In this document: positions 1-10,298 of the stretch, piece after piece
Numbering within the stretch: the first letter of the stretch is position 1
Layout: each line of letters begins with the position of its first letter
Assembly: GCA_964187785.1 (NCBI GenBank)
Contig: OZ076409.1
Location: 98,768,001-98,832,000 of the forward strand
From: Amphiscolops sp. MND2022
Taxonomy: Eukaryota
DNA length: 64,000 nt
Direction of reading: 5' to 3'
The notes under the pieces: model-generated
The model's input: only the letters and a program-made list of their open reading frames with translations
What the model was told of the DNA's origin: nothing
Databases searched by the model: none
Position numbers and translations under genes: made by a program

Positions 1-1
1 A

Positions 2-2353
2 AGAGAATGGACCGAACGATTCCGGCATTACGTAAAAAGAATCCACAACATCGACATCAAACAAATATTGACGGATGACACGGTACCTACCGACGAAAAT
101 TGGAACACAAAAGAACCAGAAATCAGGCAGGATTTTATCTGGAGCGCCGGACCGTCGGCTATCGAGATTATCACCAAAGGGGAATTCAATACAGACCCCG
201 ATACGATCAAAACCGAAAAGTTAATACAACTATTCCGGGAACACTATATGCCCAAAAGAAACACATACCACAGCCGTGGAGACTTCTTCTGGGCAAAACA
301 AGAAGAAAACGAAACACCCGAAGAGCACTGGAAAAAACTAGTAACACTGGAGAAAAACTGTGATTTCAAGAACATAAAGCAAGAAGATATCCTCATATCA
401 AAATTTATCACAAGTATAACCGACAAAAAACTTCGAGAAAAACTCATCCGTGAAAAAACATTAGACTTGAAAACAACCATAGAACTCATTACCCAAAACA
501 GCTACGACCGCCGAAACAAACAATCCACCATACCACCCGCCTTGGTGAAGGACAAAGAAATTAAACAAGAGCCCATACAAAGAATACAAACAAAACAATA
601 CCGTAACCAACCGAAGAAAAACAACTGCGGATTCTGCGGACAGCAAAATTGGACACCACAACACAACTGCCCGGCAAAAATGACAAAATGCAATAATTGC
701 CAGAAAATAGGACATTTTGCACGAGTATGCCGCGGAAAACCGAACAACAACACAAGAAAAATCAACTACCTGGAAAACATAACATCAGAAGAAGACGATG
801 AAGAAAGTGGACCCGAAGAAATACACCAAATCACACAGATAAACAAAATAATACCGGACAACAACGACCATTACGGAGTAGAAATAAAAATAAACGGGCG
901 AAAACAAAAATTTATCATCGACACCGGCTCTCCGGTTAGCATCATGCCAAACGACAAAACCCTATACAAACCAGAAGATATCCAACCGCTGAAGGAAAGA
1001 TATCAAGACGTAAACAAGAACGAAATAAAATTCCTAGGGAAAGTATGGGTAAATATCGAATACAACAACACACAAACCAACCTACCACTCCTGATCACAA
1101 AAAGAACCGACATAACACCATTATTAGGTGTAAATTGGCTGAAACAATTACCAATCACTATCAACGGCATCTCATTGAACAAAGAAACCAACCAATCAGA
1201 AGCAGCGATACATACAAAATTCAGAAAGCTGTTTGAAACGAACCACACAATCAAGAATACCGAAGTGAAAATACAAATCAAACCGGGGTGCTACCCAATA
1301 CAGCAGAAAGCACGACCAATACCCTACCACCTACAAGACGATGTAAAAAACGAACTGAACCGACTAATAAAATCCGGACATCTAGAAAGATTGGAAACAA
1401 TCGAAGAAGACTGCTTCGTATCCCCCGTAGTAATTACGGTAAAAAAAGACAAAACGGTCAAAATCGCACTTGACGCCCGCAAACTAAACGAAAGTTGTAT
1501 TAAAAAGAGACCACACATGCCAAACATGGACGAACTAATCAACCAAATCTCATCTGAGTTATCAAAGAATGAATCAGACCCAATCTGGATATCAGTAATA
1601 GATTTGGACTACGCCTACGGACAAATGAGATTAGCACCGGAAACAAGCAAACACTGCAACTTCGCGAACACGGGCGAGAAAATAAACGGATATTACCGAT
1701 TCCTAAAGGGATTTTACGGACCAGCCGACATACCAACAATCTTCCAAGAAAAAATAGACCGAACACTCGGCCACCAAATACCCGTGTGGTTGGACGATAT
1801 AATTATCGCAACACGCGGTACAAAAGAACAACACACACAAAAACTGGAATCAGTCCTAACGAAATTGGAAAATGAAGGATACAGAGCCAGCAAAAAGAAG
1901 TCAAAATTTTATCAAAAAGAAACCGTATGGTTGGGACATACCATATCACAAGACGGAATCAGACCGAACAAAGAGAAAACGGATGCCATCAACAATTTGG
2001 ACCCACCAACAAACACCAAAACACTCAAATCATTCCTCGGCGCGATACAATATTTCGCAAAATTCATACCGAACTTATCCGAAAAAACCGACAACATGCG
2101 GCAGTTATTGAAAAAAGGAACAAAATGGGAATGGACGGAAGAACGCAACACCGATTTCAAAAACCTAAAGAAAGAACTAACGACACAACCATGCCTAGCA
2201 CACTACAACGGCAACAAAGATAACATCGTCACTACCGATGCAAGTAACACCGGTCTGGGAATAGCCTTATGGCAACGACAAAGTAATAACGAACTGAAAC
2301 CGATCGCATTCGCCAGCAGATACTTAAACGACGCAGAAAAAAATATTCTGTAG
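2..2353 (+). CDS. gag-pol: Gag-Pol polyprotein, part 1 (Gag, zinc knuckles, aspartic protease, RT, start of RNase H)
   Basis: Frame is open from base 2. Motifs: CGFCGQQNWTPQHNC and CNNCQKIGHFARVC knuckles, FIIDTGS protease, IDLDYAYGQ and VWLDDII in RT, TTDASNTGLG in RNase H. Ends at a 7-A run (2337-2343) where DAEKKYSVGELE continues in another frame. Confidence 0.95.
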   Translation, partial: REWTERFRHYVKRIHNIDIKQILTDDTVPTDENWNTKEPEIRQDFIWSAGPSAIEIITKGEFNTDPDTIKTEKLIQLFREHYMPKRNTYHSRGDFFWAKQEENETPEEHWKKLVTLEKNCDFKNIKQEDILISKFITSITDKKLREKLIREKTLDLKTTIELITQNSYDRRNKQSTIPPALVKDKEIKQEPIQRIQTKQYRNQPKKNNCGFCGQQNWTPQHNCPAKMTKCNNCQKIGHFARVCRGKPNNNTRKINYLENITSEEDDEESGPEEIHQITQINKIIPDNNDHYGVEIKINGRKQKFIIDTGSPVSIMPNDKTLYKPEDIQPLKERYQDVNKNEIKFLGKVWVNIEYNNTQTNLPLLITKRTDITPLLGVNWLKQLPITINGISLNKETNQSEAAIHTKFRKLFETNHTIKNTEVKIQIKPGCYPIQQKARPIPYHLQDDVKNELNRLIKSGHLERLETIEEDCFVSPVVITVKKDKTVKIALDARKLNESCIKKRPHMPNMDELINQISSELSKNESDPIWISVIDLDYAYGQMRLAPETSKHCNFANTGEKINGYYRFLKGFYGPADIPTIFQEKIDRTLGHQIPVWLDDIIIATRGTKEQHTQKLESVLTKLENEGYRASKKKSKFYQKETVWLGHTISQDGIRPNKEKTDAINNLDPPTNTKTLKSFLGAIQYFAKFIPNLSEKTDNMRQLLKKGTKWEWTEERNTDFKNLKKELTTQPCLAHYNGNKDNIVTTDASNTGLGIALWQRQSNNELKPIAFASRYLNDAEKNIL

Positions 2354-5300
2354 GTGAATTAGAATTATTAGCCGTCGTATGGGGCCTTGAACGGTTTAGA
2401 TTCCACTTATACGGAAAACAAGTTCAACTTTTCTCAGACCACCAAGCTTTAGAACCTTTACTAAAGAAAAACAAAATGAACAAACAGTACAGCGCACGAC
2501 TAACACGATGGTTAGATAGATTAAACCATTTTGATATAACACTAAAATACACCGCCGGAAAAGAAAACAAATTTACCGATTTCATTAGCCGAAACCCGAC
2601 AGAAACCGCAGATCCGGAAGAAAATTACGAAGAAGAATTTGTCATCAACGCCATCGCGCAACTTGCAACGGTAAATAAACATATTGGACGGATTTTCAAC
2701 CAATCAGAAAACAGCAACACCGCAAAGACGGACAACATGCACGATACGCGCAAGCGGACTGGTACGAACCACTGCAAAACAAACAACGGCCATTCTAACT
2801 CAACACTGACCGCATATCAAACAATTACGGACAAAAGCGAACAATTGATAAATCAACCTCGCGCTGCCAATACAGAAAATAAAACAATGGCAGATAAAAA
2901 TAACAACCGTCAAAATACGGACAAATTCAACCGCGACAGCCAATTAAAATACCACTGGGGCGCAGATGATGAGATCATGGGAATCATCAACAGGCGAGAC
3001 AACTCACCAGAAACAAAAGAACTCATCGAAAGAAGAATCGAACTGACAAAACCTGGCCATATGCGATATCAATGGCACAAAAAACTAGACAGAGAAATCC
3101 TTCTCCCAAGAAGACCAAACGACAGCGACCGAAAAGAAATAAAAAGAATCGACATCCGCCTACGGAGAAAAGAAGAATGCCGCGATACACACCTGGGAGG
3201 CGGATATTTCAAAGACTTCGGCGACGAAATCCCACCAGCAATAGGAACAACCACCGAAACCAATCCGGACACAATCAGCATACAAAAAACTACGCACGAC
3301 ACCGAATCAACGGTCTCCTCATCGCCGGAGGAACCCACCACTACAAAGGAACCAGGATCTTACCCAGCAATCCCCGTACAAGATTATCGAGACGGACCGA
3401 TAGAGGAAATAGCCGTCCGATACGTACGGATAAATCGCATCATCGAAGAACGAGCTCCGAGAAACCGGCAACAAGAGGATAACATTCGAGCAGCTGAACT
3501 AGACTTTATGCTCGACTTGGAAACCCTCATAAAAGAAACATCAGCAGACCCAGACCTGATAGAACTACAATGTTGCCTAGAAGATAAAAACATGCTAGCA
3601 ATCCCCGAAGACTACAAACATGTAGCCAAGAGATTAACACACCGCTGGGGAATAACAATGGTCGACGACCGCATTATCATCCCGAAAAGCCTCCGCTATG
3701 CTGCACTAAATGCCCTACACTTCGGTCACCCGGGAGTTAACAAGATGTGCAACGACGCAACAATCTTCTGGTGGCCAAACATGCGAGCCGACATCGAAAG
3801 GAAAGCAAAAACGTGCTCCGCCTGCCTAAACGCCGGTAAGAATTTAAAAACACAACTACCAAACACCGAAAAATCAAAAATTGAACCGCCAAAAAACCCA
3901 GGGCAGGAAATTCAAATAGATTTTACGGGCAACCTAAATAGCAAACATCTAAACTCATCCCCATTCATCCTAGTGGCCGTTGACAAAAACAGCCGATGGC
4001 CAGTAGCAAAAATCTGCAAGAATACTAACCACGATACGGTTATAACATTCCTACGGGAATATATAAACGTATACGGTGTACCGGAAAAAATCAAATCAGA
4101 TAGAGGCAGTGCTTTCATCTCGAAAGAATACAAGAATTTCTGCAACGAACAAAACATAATCCGTGAATACGGTACCCCAAACCTACACACTGGAACAGGA
4201 TTGGTCGAAAGAACCATCCAATCACTGAAGAACCTAATAAAAGCAAACCTAGAAGACACACAAAATCTACGCGAAAGCCTAAACAAAGCATTATACGTAT
4301 TACGCTTCACCACACATACTGAAATGAAAAAAACCCCTTTCGAACAACATTTTGGACGGAAACCAAGAACAAAACTATCTAACCTCAAAAATGCTATTTC
4401 AGTTGATTCTAAAGAGCTGTCAGTGTACATCACACGAAACTCCACCGGTGAAATCACGGACCACCTAGTAATGTCGAAGAAAAAGAACAACGACCCAAAA
4501 TACCGGAGGGGAATGACGTTCACCCAAAACAAGAAACCGTCAAATACGGTAAGTAACAACTACCCATTTACTTTCTACGAAAAAGCACATACAAAAAACT
4601 CACTCGGTAGCAAATTTGAAAATAAACCGCAAACCGCAATTTCCGGGACAAAACATACAATCACTACCGATAAAAACAAAGTCATACACAGAAAACTAAT
4701 ATCTAACCCGATACCATTTCAGAATGCTGCAACACCAACGAAGAGGATAAATACGAGACAATCGACCGAACAACCCTCCTGCTCGAAAACAAACGAAGGT
4801 GGAAACACAACCTGCAGCTATCGTAGAAAAGAACCACCACGACCAGAAAACGCCGAAAACAGCTCAGACTGGCTAAAAAGAAAAGAACAACCAAGAAACC
4901 AAAAAGGACAATTCACCAGCCCAGAAAAATCTACGGGAAAACCCATGGAACTAGACCTGAGTATAGTGTCCGACGAAGAGTTCCAATGTTACAACAAAAG
5001 CGATGGAAAACCCATACATACAAATCTGGACGATGAATTACAACTCCTACCGAAGGAAACGAACCTAACATCAGAGACAGGTATTAAAACCACAAATGAA
5101 CAGAACCTATCCGTGAGAAAATCAAAAAGAATACCATATGCCAAAAAAACCGAAAAACTAGGCGGTATACCCTACCAAACCAATAATAATAAAAAGAAAA
5201 CAAATAAACATTGTGTTTTACAGGAAAATCCGACAACCCCTTCGGACCAAATGCAGACAAACAATGAAGAAGAAACAGACGACCGTAAAATACGGATGAT

Positions 5301-5451
5301 CACAAAGGAACTACAAAATAACCGTATTATACGGATCTTCAAACCCAACAAACCGCACAAATCCGATTTCATCCGGTGGGGAGGAAATGTTGAATGCAGA
5401 AACCAAACTACCATATTACATAACCGCCACATCGGACAGAGAGTTGTTTAG
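2344..5451 (+). CDS. pol: Pol, part 2 (rest of RNase H, long spacer, integrase, low-complexity C-terminal tail running into the 3' LTR)
   Basis: YSVGELELLAVVWG...SDHQAL RNase H. HFGH...CSAC zinc motif. IDFTG / SDRG / VERTI DDE core. The track ORF 2476..5451 extends upstream in frame. Confidence 0.93.
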   Translation, partial: YSVGELELLAVVWGLERFRFHLYGKQVQLFSDHQALEPLLKKNKMNKQYSARLTRWLDRLNHFDITLKYTAGKENKFTDFISRNPTETADPEENYEEEFVINAIAQLATVNKHIGRIFNQSENSNTAKTDNMHDTRKRTGTNHCKTNNGHSNSTLTAYQTITDKSEQLINQPRAANTENKTMADKNNNRQNTDKFNRDSQLKYHWGADDEIMGIINRRDNSPETKELIERRIELTKPGHMRYQWHKKLDREILLPRRPNDSDRKEIKRIDIRLRRKEECRDTHLGGGYFKDFGDEIPPAIGTTTETNPDTISIQKTTHDTESTVSSSPEEPTTTKEPGSYPAIPVQDYRDGPIEEIAVRYVRINRIIEERAPRNRQQEDNIRAAELDFMLDLETLIKETSADPDLIELQCCLEDKNMLAIPEDYKHVAKRLTHRWGITMVDDRIIIPKSLRYAALNALHFGHPGVNKMCNDATIFWWPNMRADIERKAKTCSACLNAGKNLKTQLPNTEKSKIEPPKNPGQEIQIDFTGNLNSKHLNSSPFILVAVDKNSRWPVAKICKNTNHDTVITFLREYINVYGVPEKIKSDRGSAFISKEYKNFCNEQNIIREYGTPNLHTGTGLVERTIQSLKNLIKANLEDTQNLRESLNKALYVLRFTTHTEMKKTPFEQHFGRKPRTKLSNLKNAISVDSKELSVYITRNSTGEITDHLVMSKKKNNDPKYRRGMTFTQNKKPSNTVSNNYPFTFYEKAHTKNSLGSKFENKPQTAISGTKHTITTDKNKVIHRKLISNPIPFQNAATPTKRINTRQSTEQPSCSKTNEGGNTTCSYRRKEPPRPENAENSSDWLKRKEQPRNQKGQFTSPEKSTGKPMELDLSIVSDEEFQCYNKSDGKPIHTNLDDELQLLPKETNLTSETGIKTTNEQNLSVRKSKRIPYAKKTEKLGGIPYQTNNNKKKTNKHCVLQENPTTPSDQMQTNNEEETDDRKIRMITKELQNNRIIRIFKPNKPHKSDFIRWGGNVECRNQTTILHNRHIGQRVV

Positions 5452-5601
5452 AACTTTATTTACAAACAAACTCTAATTGTTTCTGTCCCATTTATGTTGA
5501 TAGCTTTATAGATCATACATTTGATTGAGAATACTTTAGAACGGTTGCTAAAACACTTACTCCTCGCAATCTGTTTTTAACTGAGATGTTAGATCTTAAC
5601 A
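5388..5601 (+). repeat. Probable 3' LTR (~214 bp) of element 1
   Basis: Starts TGTTGA directly after the PPT and ends TTAACA; similar in size to the LTRs of element 2. The partner LTR is outside the window, so the right boundary is inferred. Confidence 0.65.
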
Positions 5602-6255
5602 CAAAGTTTTTTATGTTGATAACATTGGGATTTATGAAATTAGATGAAAGTTTCACTCAATCTACATTTCGATTTCAAAGATTTAAAAGTTCTTTTCAAC
5701 TAAGACGTCATCAAACATTATAACAGACGGGGAACACCGTTTGAAAAAAAAATTCAAAAAATGAAACATACAGGAGTTTATGAATAATACAGGAAACACA
5801 CACAAACATGACTATTTTTTGCCACTCTAAATAAAATTAAACTCGCGTCGAAATCGATAATCACCGGGTTTCCCATCATAACCCCACTGGTGACCATTGC
5901 TATAATATAAGGCTAAGAGTTAGAAACCATGTTTACCAAAACTACTCTTTCTTTTACGACTATAAGTATGCTATAGTATGTTTCCAAAAGATCGAGAGAC
6001 TAGGTACCAGTCACAATATGGGGTTGCATGTTGTATTGGGGTTTCGGTCGCGAGCTTTTTGAAACGGTCTATAAACTAAATCACAAATACTTATGTATAA
6101 AGGTGTTTCTTCAAAGTTTTGTTGTAAACAACAGTAATGTTTGCGCTGATACTGTCTGAACCGAAGCTCGGTAGAGGCCATGACTGATGGACCCGTGTAA
6201 CATCCACTACAGTTACCATGACAAAACTCGCGGTGGCCGTTTTTTTCAACGAAAG

Positions 6256-6931
6256 TTTTTAGTCGGCGCTTCATGAAGTGAAACGCGACTATTATAGTGA
6301 CTCTTTTTTTTTCTATCCACACGAACTGACCAAAATAGTTCTACAAAAGTTCTACAAAATATTATTGCATCAAAATGCACTATTTGGTCTAGCGAACTGA
6401 ACCAAAAAGGTTTTTCTTGTTTTTCCGCGTAACATACCACACCGGGCGAGACCAAAGACTCCCCCCTTTCATTTTTTTCGGCACTGCGAGACTTTTTTTT
6501 TCGAAAAAAAAATTTCCCCAAAGGGTCCCCCCTGCATTTTTTTTGATGTTTTGCGACAGAATGGATGTTGAAAAATCCCAAAGGGTCCCCCCTTTCAGTT
6601 TTTTCGGCATTGCGAGATTTTTTCCCGAAAATGAAAATTTTTGTTTTCTTCAATTTTTTCAAGTTTTGCGACAGAATGGATGTTGAAAAACCTCAAAGGG
6701 TCCCCCTTTCAGTTTTTCGGCATTGTGAGACTTTAGCGCGCCAGGGGCTCGCGCTAGCGAGCCCCGGCGCGCCACTCGGTCCATTTTTTTGAGAATGTAA
6801 TTTTTTCGAAAATTTTTTTTTCAAAAAATTTTGATTTTCGAGTACTGTAAAAGAGTACTTGACTCTTGGAAGTCTTTTTGCTATTTTTGAGCCTTGGATA
6901 TGGCGCCGACTTGGGCCGGTCCCGGCTTGTT
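6256..6931 (+). mobile_element. Helentron-associated / DINE-1-like non-autonomous element (HINE)
   Basis: TTTTT-AGTCGGCGCT 5' subTIR with a nearby partial IR (CGCGACT). Internal tandem GGTCCCCCTTTC units. 3' subTIR GGCGCCGACT, then GCCGG-TC-CCGGC hairpin and TTGTT. Confidence 0.75.
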
Positions 6932-7419
6932 ATATTTTTCAATAAGATTTTAACACATTAGTTCAAAAATGATTTTTAAAAAGAAAACAAGCCAGGATTA
7001 GCCCAATTCGTTGCCCGGCTCTAGGTTCAAAACGAGCAACGTTTTTCAAATATGGAAAAGAAGCAATGTTTCTAAAAACTTTTATTTATGTTACAGTTCC
7101 AAACAATACCCAAACGAGGTATTATGCCCAAAGTGCCCTTGAGACTCCAAAACCGTTTGTTCATTTACTGGAAACATCAAAAATTCAAAATTTTCTGAGA
7201 AATGCCAAATTTTGATCCCAATAAGTAACATAGTGCCAGAAAACAGAATAAGAGACCTTTTGGCCAACAAATTGGTTTTTCCAAATCCAAAATACCTTTT
7301 TAAGTGCAAACGAGCACCTGTTAATCAAATGATTTTTTCGGGAACACTCAGTCGCGTTGAAAAAACTCAAAAGGGTGACCTTTTGGTCTTGTCTACTTTA
7401 TCGAAAACAAAAAAAATGT

Positions 7420-7498
7420 CCATGCCTGGATTAGAACCCACGAAGTTCTGCTCCCCAGTCATTGTCACTCCCGCGCTAACCATCAAGCCAAGTGGCCA
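7420..7498 (-). repeat. tRNA-derived segment (SINE head or tRNA pseudogene)
   Basis: Minus strand has an A-box-like TGGCTTGATGG and a B-box-like GGTTCTAATCC at tRNA-like spacing; no clean cloverleaf. Confidence 0.4.
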
Positions 7499-7911
7499 GA
7501 GCAATTTACAGAACATCAGAAATATAAAATGATATGGATGTATGTCAGTTCGCTGGTCTTGAAAAACAAGACACTAATATAGTCAGCTTGTTTTAGGCAA
7601 ACGATGCCTAAAATTCGAGAAACTGTGCTTCGAGCCTGAAATTAGTTGTTTGGGTTCTTTTCTGTTCCCCCTCTCAACACCTCTCAATTTTTTTGAAAAA
7701 CTTCTGTGGAAATATTGAAACAAAAAGACTTCCAACTAAATTAGAAACCTTTACTTTTATATTTATCCTCAGGATGACACTTTCGAATTCAGATACAAAC
7801 TTTGTTCACGTTATTTTCACTTATGAAGTCATCCATTCTTGTTGAAAACTCATCAGCTTCCTGTTTTGAGTCACAATTTTCAACATTTTTACTGTTAAAT
7901 TTGTGAAAAAT

Positions 7912-8954
7912 CCCTAAGTTACAAAAATCACAACTCTTGCAAAATTCTTACAAGAATTCTTGTAAGATCTTGTAAGAAAATGCATTTTTAGAATCTAACT
8001 CTTGCAAAAATCTTGCAAGAGTTGCATTTTTCTGCTCAGAATGTTACAAAAAATGCATAAATCCGACCGTTTTTTTGCATTTCCTGCCTCAAAAAAATTA
8101 AACGGCTGCAAAAGAAAACTATCTGTACGCGAAAAATGACACAATTTCCCATATTGGAGCATCTAGATTTTATATTATCGGAATGCTTTATTTGCATCAT
8201 GAGCATTGTTTGATGTTATATTGTTGTAAAGCTTTCGCTTACAACATTAAAGCCCTGCGTGGGGTCAGTGCCTCTGAGAGAGCAATGTCCTCCATTCTCA
8301 GCAGTCTCATGACTAGTTGAAATGGGCTGGAGAGGAAATGAAACCGTTGGTTGAATTTTGCTAGAATTTCCAGGGTTTTTATAGTTTTCAATATGACATT
8401 TCACAGGTGGTTTTGTAGTATTTTTACTGATTTTCTCCATCACAGTAGCTGACAGCAGGTTCGGGTTAGAACCGTTAGAAAGCCCTTGAAATGTATTTTC
8501 AATTGGTATCATGTTCATATTCCTATCATCATTAGCTGAAGAGTTCTCGCAGTTTTTGTCCGGAGTTTCATAGCTGGAATACGTTATAGTAATTTCTGGA
8601 GTAAAATTGCATGTAAAATTTTATTGCTCAAAATTAACAATTTGGAGCCTTTTGCTGGGATCCTGGGACAGTTTGTGCATTGTAAACGGTAACTGTGGCT
8701 GTTGTTGCTGGTAGTTTGATGATTTTTGAAGTTTTGGTCGAATTAACACATCACATTTTTTGTAAGAATTTCTTACCAAAAAAATGCATTTTTTGCAAAA
8801 ATGTTATCAGAATCTTGTAAGAAATGTTCGACATTGTAACAAATTTGCAAAATTTGCGATTCTTGTACAAACTTGTAAGATTCTTGCAAGAAATGCAAAG
8901 CTGACGAGAATTTCGGAAGAATTTTGCAAGATTTGTGATTCTTGTAACCTAGGG
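7912..8954. mobile_element. Non-autonomous DNA transposon, CMC/EnSpm-like (CCC...GGG ends, 2-bp TSD)
   Basis: TIRs CCCTAAGTTACAAAAATCACA / TGTGATTCTTGTAACCTAGGG. Subterminal CTTGYAAGA repeats. AT duplicated on both sides. A paralogous empty site lies at ~38030-38050. Confidence 0.75.
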
Positions 8955-9789
8955 ATGTTTTGTTCAAATGAAAAACTATTCCAATAGAAGCTAACTTCCT
9001 GTTATGGGAAAAACTTCACTTCGAATTCAACCAATTTGAATTGTTTAAAATTCCAATTAAAATAATTGATGGGGAAACAAAAGGGAACAGAAAAGAGCCA
9101 TTGTTTGATAGTCAGGGGATTTGTTTGTGTTTCTCCAGCAAATTGCATACTTTTTGTGACGTCACGGAAGTAACAAGATGGAGGATTTATGTCAAGACCG
9201 TCTCCTTGCTTTTTAGATGAGATTTGTAATTTCGAGGATTAACACGCCACTGAGAAGTGTAGGAAAAAACCAGAAGGTCATCAAGGCTTGAAAGTTCACA
9301 GGAAGTCTTGTTTTGCAAATCTAATGAAAGTTCAGAAAAAGATTATTCGTTCTCGCATATCAAAGACGAGCGAAACAAAAAAAGAATCGATTTTTATGGT
9401 AATTTTGTTAATCTTCTTTCTGAGGCGGACGAGCGAATTTTGCCGAAACAAATTTTGTAATTAAAAAAAACAATATGTTCTGTCAAAAAAATTGAACAAA
9501 ATCTCAAGTCAGAGCCCCGTTAAAGGCTCAAAAAGCGCAAAGTTTTTGAAAAAGGCTGTTTTTAGAAAGAGAAATTGCAACAGCACCAAATGTTATTCAT
9601 ATAGGCTAATTTAGACTCAAAAAAGACTTTTTCCAAACTGCAATTTCTTGGAAAAGACCAATAACTTTTTTTGAAAAAAAGTATTTTTCACCCCATTCGT
9701 AATCCATAATTTAACGTGTTCAACGTGAATTTTATCGGTTTGCACAATGACAGCTAGAAATTACCAATGGTAATAAAATCAAAAGCTAC

Positions 9790-10298
9790 AACAAGACAGA
9801 CAAGAACGTCTAAAGTCGGCGCTATATCTAATGCTCAAAAAGCGCAACGTTTTTAAAACATTCCCAACACTTATTTATGAAAAGCTCAGACAACAGTTTC
9901 GAGACACCCAAGGGGTGCCTTCATGCTCGATAAGACTCGGAAACCACTTTTCCCCGACTGGGAACAACAAAAAACATTTTAAAATAAATTATTCTGATTT
10001 TTTTCCTTTCGGAAAATGTCGCCTAGTGCCAAAAATGCAAAAGGGGGGACCCTTTGGGTTTTATTAACATACATTCTGTTGCAAAATATCAAAACACTCG
10101 AAGCAGGGATCCTTTTGAGACATTAAAAAGTTTCCAAAAAAAGTCGCGCAGTGCCGAAAAAAGTCGAAGGGGGCCTATAGACTCGTCCGGTTTCTGTAAG
10201 AAAGTGGAACGATCAGTGTGAGGTCTGTCATCTGAAGAAAAAAAGTCACTGTAAGAGTCGGGCATTTTTCCTTAAAAGGAAAAAGCGCCGACTAAAAA
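9790..10298 (-). mobile_element. HINE/DINE-1-like copy
   Basis: AGTCGGCGCT at 9814 and AGCGCCGACT-AAAA at 10284; same internal repeats as the other copies. Confidence 0.7.

Larger units (their letters stand above)
1..5601 (+). mobile_element. Ty3/Gypsy LTR retrotransposon, 5' end outside the window, near-intact
   Basis: Domain order Gag(CCHC)-PR-RT-RNaseH-IN. A purine tract GGTGGGGAGGAAA (5375-5387) is followed by a TGTTGA...TTAACA-bounded segment. Confidence 0.95.

Noticed and set aside
3912..4559. 215-aa minus-strand ORF, and similar ones at 18307-18936, 20943-21530 and 46176-46901
   Set aside because: These are antisense shadows of the retroelement reading frames.
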